DNA of 64,000 bases from Gnetum montanum (Eukaryota; Plantae; Gnetophyta). The stretch lies in the NCBI GenBank assembly GCA_015680685.1, contig MNCI01001687.1, positions 501,150-565,149 on the forward strand. Reading direction: 5' to 3'. A model generated the notes under the pieces. That model saw nothing but the letters and a program-made list of their open reading frames with translations. It did no database searches and was not told the DNA's origin. Of this stretch, positions 40,671 to 52,210 are shown piece by piece. The number at the start of each line of letters is the position of its first letter. Positions within the stretch are counted from its first letter, which is position 1. The translations under genes and the position numbers were made by a program.

Positions 40671-41144
40671 TTACCATATTAAACTTGTCATTTTCAAAGT
40701 TGAAGTAAATAGTCACCAAGCATAGCATGGCTAAGGTGAAGGGAGATAGAACATAGTGATATACAGAAGAGAAGCTACAGTGTAATAGAGAGGAAGAAGA
40801 TAGTAGTGTAGCCATCAACCATGCTACACCGTAGTGAATGCTGGCACCTTGTCCTCACCAACATGAATGAAGGAGAATGTATACTGAGGTGCCTTCCTAG
40901 GGCAAGCATAGAGGATAGCAGGGAGACACTGTCGACTAGGTAAAGCACTATGTTCTACCCTTGTGATTTCGTTTCCTTTCTTCTTGTTTACCTCGAGGTT
41001 TTGCAGTTTTGAAGGTGGTCTACCTTAAGTAGGGACCACCATATCCACCATGAGTCACAACTAGGGGAGGGAGTATTCATAGTACTTTTTTTATTTGGCT
41101 TTGTGGGTTTTTTGTTAGGAGGGCTTGTGTACCATGCACGGTGT

Positions 41145-41400
41145 GAGATAGGGATCTTTTGGTGTCCTACGTGTGACGTGGAACAAATGTTTTTTTAGCA
41201 TTCTATGCATAGCCTGGAACAAGGGTTTTTTAGCATTCTATGCATAGGATGGAACAAGGGTTTTTCAGCATTCTATGCATGGTGTGGAACAAGGATTTTC
41301 TTGGCATCCTGCATGTGATGTGGGACATGGATTTTTTGGCATCCCATGCATGATGTGAGATAGGGATTTTTTGGTGTCCCGTGTATGATGTGGGAGAGGG
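41145..41400. repeat. ~37-39 bp tandem repeat, 6-7 copies
   Basis: TGGAACAAGGGTTTTTTAGCATTCTATGCAT.. and its variants. Confidence 0.85.
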
Positions 41401-42042
41401 ATCAACCAGGGATCTTGAAGGTGAATGTAGATCATGATGGTCTAGGTAGGATTACTATGAGGGTCATGGCTATCACACTAAGAAACATTCCTGAGAGAAT
41501 ATGAAAAAAGTTAGAAAAATTTGGACCTCCTAGCATCACACTCTATAGGCAACACAATCAACAAGTTATACTCTGTAGTGAGCATGCCCTAAAATTTCAG
41601 ATTTTTGATAGTTAGAAATTTTCTTTTATGGTTATTAAACTTGATGGGGAGCATAACCAACACCTTAAAAATTTTTACTATTGTTATGCTCAGAGTGGAG
41701 CATAGCCAACACTTAGAATTTTTTGTAGTTATGAAGGTTATGCTCTATAGGGAGCATAACTAATAGTTAGAAAAAATATTGTAATTTTAAAGGTGAAACT
41801 CTATGGGATCATAACCAATAAGTAATGAATTTTTTTATACATTCAAGGTTATAATGTTTGTAAATATACAATCTAGATATTAGTGCTATGCCCTATTGGG
41901 GACTAGACACATCAGATGGATATGCTGATGTCTCTTTCCCATGGGACTTGGTGGAAATTTAAGTATGTTAAGAATAATTTTTATGCATTTTTTTATTATT
42001 CAATGCTAACATTCTCATTTTGTTGCTCTTGTGTCATTGCAG

Positions 42043-45000
42043 GGTATTCTTGAAACCCATCCTCATTATAGTTGAGCTAGTGGACATTTTGGGTTGCATG
42101 AGTAAGCCTGTGCTAACTATGCCTACACCAAGCACATGTGTGGGCCACCAAGTGGTATGGTTTTAGTCAAGAGTGCAAGAATTCTTGGAATTTTTGCTCT
42201 GCCACTTTAGTGTGATGATATGGTCACACTTGGAAACTGAAGAAATGGGTTTCATAATGAAAACACTATTGCCCAAGGTGAACTGAGGCATTCTAAGGTT
42301 CATATCTAATGAGCTTGTTGGAAATGAAGTAGGGAGTTTAGGCTGGGACCACAAGGACCATAAGCTTTTGTCTAGGATCTTGAGAATGCCCAAATTTTAG
42401 TGCTACAATAAGAACAACACTTTGTGCATCGCTCGACACCTACACACTCTTTTCCAAAACCCACCTGAAATGGTGTATTGTGTTGGAAGGTGATTCCCCT
42501 TACGATTTCTTATATTGGCTATTAGATTATGACTTTAAAATGCAAACTACTCACATCTATTGCCAGGTTTACCATTGATTCACATGGCCTCCATGATGAA
42601 GAGGGGGCATTAAACTTGACTGAAACTGCCCTATAAGAATTCTTATCTTTTGAGAATGTTTGTGTAAAAGTGATTGGATAGATTGAGGTAGACCTAGTAG
42701 AACTCCCTCATTGATATTCTAAGTATTACGAGAGTTATTGAGCTCTCAGCTGGTTGGATGTTGAGTGCACAATCGGCATACCTAGCATGGAGAAATTTTT
42801 AGCCCCACTACTACCATCCCACATACCATTCGTGTCATGTGAGTCATGTATCACTCATTTTTATGTATTTTTTTCTTTATTTTTTCTCATGTTGCTAATT
42901 TTACCTTTGCTTATTTTAGATACTATTAAGCTAGGCAAAGTCATGGTGGTTACCATAGGTTGCACTAAGGCCACTCTCATCTTTAAATATGGTAAGGTTG
43001 AGAGTTCAAAACACTGGTTATGTTATGAGACCCTAGTGAAGATAGAAAGGAATCTTTAATGGGCTAGGCTCATGGACATTTTCATGGCCATTAGACCATG
43101 TATCCCAGTGGATAAAATGATTTTCATGATTAACTCCTTCACTGAGAGCATTGATCGCTTCAGCACATAGGTCCATGGTGTGTGAAATTATAGATGAATT
43201 ATTTGTAGACCTCTTCAAAATCCCCTTTGAGACCCTACCAGTTGTATAAAATATTGAAAAAAACCTAGACCATAGAGGGGACATTGAGTTCTTGGGTACT
43301 TCCAAGTTACACAAAGGAATAATAGTTAAAGAGGTGAAGGTACCCATGGTGCAACACCTCTACCTAGTCTTCTAAGTTCATGCATTCCCAAAGCTACTTT
43401 TCCAAGAAAAGATTCTTGGGGTTGAGTAAGCTTGGATGATGAGGGACATAATAGAGGAGGGGACATGGTACAACTAGGCCTCTCACCTTGTCAATGGCCT
43501 ATGTGTTAAAATTATTAGGCTGTGTCACAGCCTCTAAGCACAATTACATGTGCACTTCACATTCTTCATAGCATGCCTATGAAGATTTACAGAGTTTTTG
43601 ATGGTTCATGAGAATGGGTAGTGGGTGGTGTAATACTACAATCAAATTTCTAGGCCATGGATTTGCCACTTGTTCAACACCACATGGTCAAAGGATCCTC
43701 TAGAGACAATTGGAAAGTCATTTTTGGTAATGACTAGAGGCAATGTGGGATGATCCTACTACACATGTGATGGTGCTAGGGAAGCCCCACCAACCAACAC
43801 TATAAATGTAGCAAGAGGAATACAAATCATTGTTGAGATTGTGAGATTGTTCAAAATAAAGATTATGAAGCCACACCCCATGGAGGAGCTTGTGCATGAA
43901 GCGGTGGATGGTGGCAAAAAAATCCAATTTAAGCTTTGTGATGTGCACTTAGGAATTGCAAGTATGCATTATTTGATACTGATATAATGTTTCATACTAT
44001 ATTATACTTATTATTAACCATTCTAAATTTAACTTGTGTGACACAGGCAAGAGGACCCCTTCAATGGTAGCAGCGCCTATAGAGGATGATGTCCCTCAAC
44101 ATAAGGGACAAATGGTAGATGAAGAAGAAGGAGAAAATGCTGAAGTGCTAAGGAAAATTGAAGAGGAGGGGTTGCAGTTTGAAGTGGATGAGTTTGAGAA
44201 TTTCTTTGATAGTATGTAGATAGATGATGCCCCCGCTCTCACATCCAAGGGCTTGTTGGGAAGGACCTTTGCACTACCATCTTCTTCCTTTTAGACTATA
44301 TATATATATATATATATCATTATTATTCACCTTTTATTTTATTTATTTTATTTTTTTAGTGATCACACCCTTGGCTATTGTCTATTTGATAATCACTAAG
44401 TGTGTTATGTTTCAGTGGCCAATGTTTCTATTGAATGTCCAGCATCCACATCCACCTTCCGTACGCAACCATGGATGGAGGCTCTACATAAGTTTGCCTT
44501 CATGCAAGGCTTGGTGGGTGACATGTTAGATCATATATAGAAAACTGATCCTAAAATTAGTATGTATATTTTTATCTATTTTTTCTCTATGAATTTACTT
44601 GCTTAGTTCTTAGCTAACATTGTCTTACCTATGATGTGATGATAGGTTTGCAACTTAAGTGGAACCCAAACAAGGTAGTTCAAGTAGATGTTGTGTCTGA
44701 GTTTCCCCTCAAAGTGGAGAAAGTGCATCATCATGTGTATAACGAGGTTAGAAAATGTGCACTGTACTCTACAAGAGAATTTTGGGAGTGCAAGATCATT
44801 AACAAGCAGCTATGGAAGCAACTGCAAGAGCTTCAGGAAAAGGGGTCAAGCCAAGAGGCAAACTTAGAGAACTTGCAATCCTGCTATGACTTCCTAGTAA
44901 CAAATGAAAAATGAAATGGTAGCTAGCACATAGTCAAAATTAATTATGACAGGTATTGGTCATTTTTTTGGGACAAGAATGAAGCTACCCTTGATGTGAT

Positions 45001-45630
45001 TGAGCAATGACTATAGATGGACCTACTAGCGAGAAGGAATCAAGACTGAAAGGATTATATTGAGAAATTGTACCAATGGTGGTAGACTTAAAAGAATCAC
45101 AAGCACCATTACAACCAAGAACATAAGGCATACCATAAAAATTATAGATATGATTCTGTGGATCATTGATGCCAAGAGATATTTCTTGATGCAAGAGATG
45201 CAACACAGGCTTATGAACTATTTGAAAGTAATGTAGTGATGAGTGCAACCCCAAAGAGACACATTGTTGTACCTTCCACAAAGGTCACTTATACAAATTT
45301 TTCACTTGGACCAACCTCATTAATAGCCATAGAAAAGGGAAAAACCCTCATAGTTATTCACCTTGGTGAGGAGGACTGAACACGATTATCGAAGGACAAA
45401 ATCCTCTAACACCTAGAGGCAGGCCTCGATAGGATTCCCCCATACATGGATGGAAGCCCTTCTCAAGTTGGTCTAATTTTCATTATTTTTATTTAATTTA
45501 TTAAAATTTTTCATGTCACCTTTTTTAGCTAATTTATTATTTTATTTTTTATTTAATTTAGGTTCTAGTTGATGGTGCAAGACCCAATGAAGTAGTGGTG
45601 GAAGAGGAAGAGGAAGAACCTTAACCTCCA
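42043..45630 (+). pseudogene. Antisense multi-exon accessory gene of C, unknown function (decayed)
   Basis: VFLKPILIIVELVDILGCM; FPKLLFQEKILGVE*AWMMRDIIEEGTWYN*ASHLVNGL...VHFTFFIACL*RFTEFLMV; acidic and coiled-coil-like exons. GT-AG introns at 44212-44415, 44560-44645 and 45467-~45561. Confidence 0.8.
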
Positions 45631-46164
45631 CCGAACACTATAGGTTGAGATACCTCAAATGTAGCCCTACTATTGGGCATTTCTGTACTTTTGGAGATTT
45701 TATTTTTTGGATGTAAAATTGAACTACATACCTTATTGATAATTTAATAGAAATATGATGATTATTTACTTGTCATTTTATTGTATTTTATGTAATATTG
45801 TTGTAATTTTAACTTGTGATTTAATTGATGCAATTAGGATCCTTATGGGCACCATGCCAATTTAAGGCTATTATAGAAGGGCCATTGCTAGTTTAAGGCC
45901 ATTTTGGGAAATCACTAGTTTAAGACCATTTTGGGCCATAACATAAAAGGAAATTGGCTGCCAGTTTTAGGCCTTAGTAGGCCATGCTATAGTTTAAGGC
46001 CTTTTCAAGTCATTTATGCTATTTTTATCTTTTTTAAAAAAAAGGCTAAATGAAACTACATGAACTAAAGAAATGAAATAACTAATGTAGGATGCAAACA
46101 ATAATGTAATCATAACTGTATACGCCGAGTAAGTGAAACATGTAGGTGAACTAAGGGCATGCCT

Positions 46165-46870
46165 TAGTCATGTAGGTGTTTTCTAACATGATGCAAGTTA
46201 GGAGGTGGGTAAGGCCTAGGAGGCATAAGACAATATTCTCCGAGACCTTCATCTATTGTAAAAAAGAGAAATTCTGCCCAAAGAGCTTCCTTAGGGAGGT
46301 CACTCGCTTTACTTGGTTGTTTAAAATTAGCTGAACAACATTGATTTTCACCTTGAGTAGGTGGTGAATCTTCAAAGAACTTTACCTTTAACCATTATTC
46401 TATATCTATATTATTGATGCTTAGGGGGGCTACATTATCACCATAGATCATCACATCTCCACCCTCATAGGGCAAGTGGATCGCTTGGTGAATAAGTGAA
46501 GAAATAGTCCATAGCTAGGCTAGCCATGACCTCCCTAGGATCAAGTTGAATCCTAGCATTTCTTCAACTATAATAAATTTAGCATTACTATGGAATTTCT
46601 CCCCTACCATGAAATCTATTTTGACTGTCCCTTTTACAACAACACACATTACATTGAAGGATTTCAAGCATATTATTTTTGTCGGCTTGATCTAATCAAC
46701 TAAGCCAACCTTGTCAATGATAGGGAATGGGATGACATTGATTGCTACATTGTCATCAATGTACCCTTTGTGAATTTTATATTGACCTATGCTCATTGTT
46801 ATAAACATGTGTGTAGTAGTCACCTAAATCCTTTCAAGATCAACCTTGACTACCTCATCATGAAATGTCA
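46165..46870 (-). pseudogene. Decayed protease region of C
   Basis: GYIDDNVAINVIP...FNLILGRSWLA...SSLIHQAIHLPYEGGDVMIYG. Confidence 0.8.
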
Positions 46871-47149
46871 AGGGTGTTGACCTTGACTCTTGGGTTTTGG
46901 GGGAAAACATTATAGCATGAATAGCCTTTATGTTTCATGAAACATATTTCTTAATAGGAATAGATGCTAGCATGTAGAGAAATACCTCATTATGAGTAGT
47001 AAAATTCATTATAAATTCATACAAACTCAAAGTTGTGTTCTTTTATTTGAAGGTGTGTTTAACTTATGCCAGTGTGTCTAAGAACTCTTTTCCACCATCT
47101 ATTATTTTGGTTACTTTCTTATCCTTCATAAATCCTAAAAGAAAAAATT

Positions 47150-49830
47150 CCTAAGGAGGATATTTAATCTTTGGTTGTGTAATAGGCTTTTGAGCCTCAG
47201 TGCTTGTTTGTTGGCTATTTGCATTTACATTGGTAGCTTGAGATGATGAGGCCATAGGAATGGCTAACAAGGGGATGGGCTTAGGAGGACCTAGCTTTAT
47301 GCATTTCCTAATAATTTTGTCAGTGAGATGCTCATCATGTCTTGTATGGTATGATTTTGGATGGGAAAGATGTAACATAGTTCCCATCACTGGACCCTGA
47401 GCAAGTGGGTGGTCCACATGTCTTCACACCCTAATGACAAAAGGTTTCTAGGTTACCATCGCCCCAACATGTTGTGGGGTCCTACCAAAAATGGTGTTAT
47501 GGGTGCTCAAGGTGGTGCTTTGATGATAAATGGGGACTATGGTTTAGTTGACGTTGGGGCCCCAGCATCACCAGAGGGCACACAAATCACAAATGGTTCA
47601 TGTGCCAATTCTACATTTTTAGCAATGCTGATATCATTGATGATGTAACCTACATTACTAGTGTTGAGAGGGTCCTTGTAGAATTTCATTAATTAATTTT
47701 CTAGTCGTACAATATTGCCCTTATCAAGGACCAATCATGCATTAAACATCATCTTTTAATGCTAAGCAATAGTCTCTGTCATGGCCATGTAACAAATGAT
47801 AGTTACAAAGCCGATCCAACCTAAAGATTTTAGGGACTAGGGGCTCATTTGGCATAGCTATAGAAGGGTTTGTAAGGATTGCACAGTAACTCTTATGGAA
47901 TTTTCAAGCATCCTCAAAATTTTGTTTGTGTTGGATGTGACCATCACTAAGAAACTAATTGAAGATCTTAGATAGATTGATGGGTAAGGAGGTATACATT
48001 GAACGATCCTTGCACTCAAAGTTTGGCCTTTGGGGAGCTTGCCTCATGGTCATCGATGGTGTAGGCTAGCTGGTTCTCATAGTGCTAGAAATCGATGCCT
48101 TCTTGCTTTTGGTCAAGGCTTTAGGTGCCTTGGCCACTACTTAATGTTGTTGGGTTTGGCTTCATTTGCCACAACTATAACAACTGTTGTTTTCTTTCCC
48201 TTTTCTTTGTTCTTTTTTGTATGTGCATTTTTATAGGCCACATAAGCTAGGTCCTTATTAGCTTCCATCACATCTTGTATGCTCTTCATTTGAGCAAAAT
48301 CTTGGCTGAGAGAGCGTGAGGCTAAGTAGTATAGTTTTGACTTGATAAAGTCATTTACAACATGCTTAAAGATAGATAAAAGATGAGTTTCTGCTATTGG
48401 CTCACAAATTTCATAAAGGGAGGCACTCCAACATTGTATGAATTTTTGTACTAGCTCTAGCATCCCTTGCTTAATGTTCATTAACTAGTCTCGTATGGCT
48501 TTAGGCTTCATGTTATACTTGAAGCAAGTTACAAATTCGATGAGTAGCTCCTCCAAAGTTGATATGGAAGCTCTAGGGAGCACATGGTACCAATCAAGAG
48601 CTTTTTGAATCAAGGACATGGCAAAGACACAGATGATTACATGTGGCCATGCTTGCAATAGTAGGAATTCATAATGAAAAGTTACAAGGTGGGATTCCCC
48701 TCACTGTTATGTTTTGTGAATTAAGGAAGTTTCACCCTAGGAGACAAAGTTAGCAATGGGATTACAAGACTAATGGGATCATCTTGATAGAAGTCCATCA
48801 CATAAACCATTTTTGAGTTGGCCACTTTAATCCACCTAACCTCCTCCATGAGAGTTTGAATGAGCTAGAACGCTTGGTCCAAACTCAAGGATATCGTAGC
48901 AAGTTATGTTGGATGTGCTGCTTGTGGTGTCGTCTGAGTAGCCCAGAAACCTATTTTGGGTTGTGCTACCACATGGGATGTTGTTGAGTTTGTTGTTGTA
49001 TATATTATGGCCTATGTGATAGTTGTTCCATACGCATAGAGGTCATGGTGCACCACGTGGTTGTGGCTTGGGCTATTGTTGGAGATGCTACTAAGATTAT
49101 TGGGATGAAAGACACTTGACCTATTTATTGCTAAGATATGAGCATCGTGTGCACATACAAAAATGTCAGCATTAGGAATGCCAATAGGAAAGGTTGCAAA
49201 GACTGTGAGGAGATGAAAAAGGGGAAAGTGGTAGAAGGAACTACACTTTGTTACACATATAATACTTGGTGTCTAACTATCATAGGCATGCACTTAGATG
49301 GGGGAATGACACTACTACCTCAAAGAAGATAGATGATTGTGACAAGTGTAGAACAAAAGTAGAGGTGGGCTATTGAAAAATGGCATAAAATGGGACATTG
49401 ATATCTAAATAGGACTCAAACTCCTTCTACCCATCCTGTAAGGCTCATCATAGTTTGATGCAGCATCTTTCTCTTTCAGTCCACATACCCTAATGAGTTG
49501 GTGCAACAACCACTTAAAGGTGTTGGTGAGTGGGATGAACATGTCTAGGGTAGGAAGGAACTCCTTTCCATTTCTGTTAATGATTTCAAAATTTTGTTTC
49601 ACTTCTATTTCTTGATGGTCCAGGGATAGGACTGCATAAAGCTTTGCACAAAGTAAATTGTACCTTTCATCATCTAACACCCTGTATTCAAGGAATTGGT
49701 TATGTGGTCTGAGTGACTACCATTATGATCATACAGGGCTGAGTGGTTGCTCAATGTCTCCCACTTGTTGAATGTGATGGGCTACTTCGATGCTTAGGGC
49801 AAAGGTTAAAGTGTTCATAGGATTCATGTT
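47150..49830 (-). pseudogene. gag: Decayed gag region of C (with N-terminal extension)
   Basis: VFAMSLIQKALDWYHVLPRASISTLEELL..F; Cys/His motif CNYHLLHGHDRDYCLALKD at ~47760-47810. Confidence 0.85.
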
Positions 49831-50253
49831 ACTATTTAGAAAAATGATAGAAAAGAGAGCATTGATAGAAAGCATTCAAATGTAGAAAACATTTTAAAAA
49901 ATTGCTAAGTATGCAAACTATGAAAATAGGCCCAAAAAAATAACCAACTCTAGAAATACTATGAAAAAGTGAGCAACTTTGGCATTATGCTCTAAGGTAT
50001 TGTTATAGTTTGAAAGGTGGTTACACTCTCCAGAGCACTCAGAGCTTAACATGACAAACATAGTTGGGCTTTTCATCCTACGGGGTTCTTGGGGAACCAA
50101 CAACTAGGACCAATCTACATCAATCAAAATGCAGATAATCCTATGTTGGCCTATGATGTACCTACTACCATGGTAAGTCCACAAGGTTATTATGTATAGT
50201 GATGAAGGTGTAGAAATCACTTGGGACTACCCTTGAACATAGAAGGAATAGAA

Positions 50254-50271
50254 GCTCTCCTTCTAGTGCTA
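50254..50271 (-). promoter_or_regulatory. tRNA-Asn PBS of C
   Basis: TAGCACTAGAAGGAGAGC, 15/18 match; all three differences are G>A. Confidence 0.85.
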
Positions 50272-50276
50272 AAAAT

Positions 50277-52205
50277 TGTGACATCCAAAAACGTTGATAC
50301 TTGGAACACCCAGAGGTTAGTAGGTGTAAAACTTAATTCCAAATCTGTGCAAGGGTTGTTCTAGGAAATAGAAACATGGTGTCATAAATGGTTTGGTTAA
50401 TTAGGTAGGGACTTATGTGGTGTTAGAATGACCATAGGTAAGAAGGGTTTATACTATGTTACATGTAGACATTGTGACTAGCTAAGCTAGAGCATAGTAG
50501 GATGTCCTAGCTTAAAAGCAATGACGTGAGCATGCAAATATGCATTAAAAAATAGAAATATATGAGAGTTATGCTTAATATTAGAGAAAAACTCTTGGAA
50601 AAGAAATGGAATAGAGCTTAAGAACAAAGAAATGCACCACCCCAAAAATGGGAAGTGTAACTTTCACTAGACAAGAGGTGAGAATGGTATGCACCATCAA
50701 GCAAGCATAGTGGTAGCATAGTAGTGCAGTCATAGTGTCTAGGAAACCTAGGACATGGAGCTAATGGCTATAGTGGAGATTGAACCTACTAGGTTGGCTA
50801 TTATCATGTTCTATGAGTGCAATGGTAGACTACATTTTGGGAGGCACCAAGGTGCAAAGCTTAGATGCTTAGGTGCAAGAGCGTCGAGGATGCTCTGACA
50901 GCTAAAATGCTCAATGCTTTTTTGATTTGCCAACTCCTAGAGTGCTAAACATCGAGGTATTTATAGGGCTAGGTTTAGCATGAACTGTAGATTGGGCACC
51001 ACATGGCATGAGCATAGATGTGGTTATGCTAACATCTTACACTCTCATTAAAGTAGTAAAAGTGTTATGATTTGAAGGATAGCAATGGGTTCCCAGAGAC
51101 TACTGAACTGTAACCACACTACCTAGACTACATATACCAAAGGTTGAGAAACCACAATGTACCTGTAAATAGTGCAAAAAAAAAAAATACAACTTAGAGG
51201 CTACACTCAGGGACTACGTCTTCCCCTCTTTGAGTAGGGTCAAGCATAGGAACAATTTTTGGGACCAATCAGGGGTGCAATAGTAATGCAAACTATTGAT
51301 CTTTGTTGATAGAGGGACATTGAAGCAAAGCTGAAGTCTGATGCTAAGTTATAAATGCTTTTGAAAGTTGTTAGAGGCTTTTCTCTAGTGTCAAGTTGGC
51401 TACGCTCTAGATCGTAACACAACACTTAGTGAAAATTTGCAAAGTTTTGATGTTTTACATTGGTCATGCTAGCTATGTTGGGGAGTGTAGCAAATCATAG
51501 CAAGGACACTTAGCCAAATTTTGATGAAATCTATAGTCTTCCTTCATGGTACATTGGCTATGCTCTAGGGCATAGTAGGAGAAGCAACCTTAGAAGTTGG
51601 GAAATGTGCCAAATGTGTCTTCCATGTCAAGCTAGCTTGATAGATCATTGTCCAACACTTAGGTAAAACTTGGCATTGGAACCCATGTCATGCTTGTTAT
51701 GCTATGGAGTGTAGTATAGCGTAGCAATCCAAGTGATAGAAAATTTGTTGAAATATTTTTTTCATCCTAACCAATTTTGACAACCTTTAGCCTAGTACTT
51801 TGGTGAACTAGCTACTAGGACATGTGTCAAGTTGAATACTATAGGGAGCATAGAGAGTATGATGACCAAGGAGATAGAAAATTTGCAAAACTGTTTCATC
51901 CATCCCAAGAAATCCTTGATTACTTCTAACTTGACACTTGGGAAAACTGGCCATGAAAATATATGCTACGTTGGCTATGCTAGGAAGCATAGTAGGTAGA
52001 TTGAGAGTGTAGCAAGGCACTTACAAAATTTTCATGTGACTGCTATTGACACTTAGAAAAATCTTGCAAACATAGAGCTCAATGTGTGCTACACTATGTA
52101 CATTGGAGAGCATAACACCCACACTTAGAAAGAAAAATATTTGCTAAGTTTTGACACTTATATTTGCTATTAAAGATGTAGAATCTTGAAATTAGTGGTG
52201 TTTTA
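50277..52205 (-). repeat. 5' LTR of C
   Basis: Repeat of 32856-34782; adjacent to the PBS. Confidence 0.92.
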
Positions 52206-52210
52206 GTCTA

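Larger units (their letters stand above)
32856..52205 (-). mobile_element. Element C: full-length 19.35 kb Tat-lineage LTR retrotransposon
   Basis: LTRs of 1927/1929 bp; perfect TSD GTCTA (32851-55 / 52206-10); Asn PBS; gag-PR-spacer-RT-RH-aRH-INT. Confidence 0.95.
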
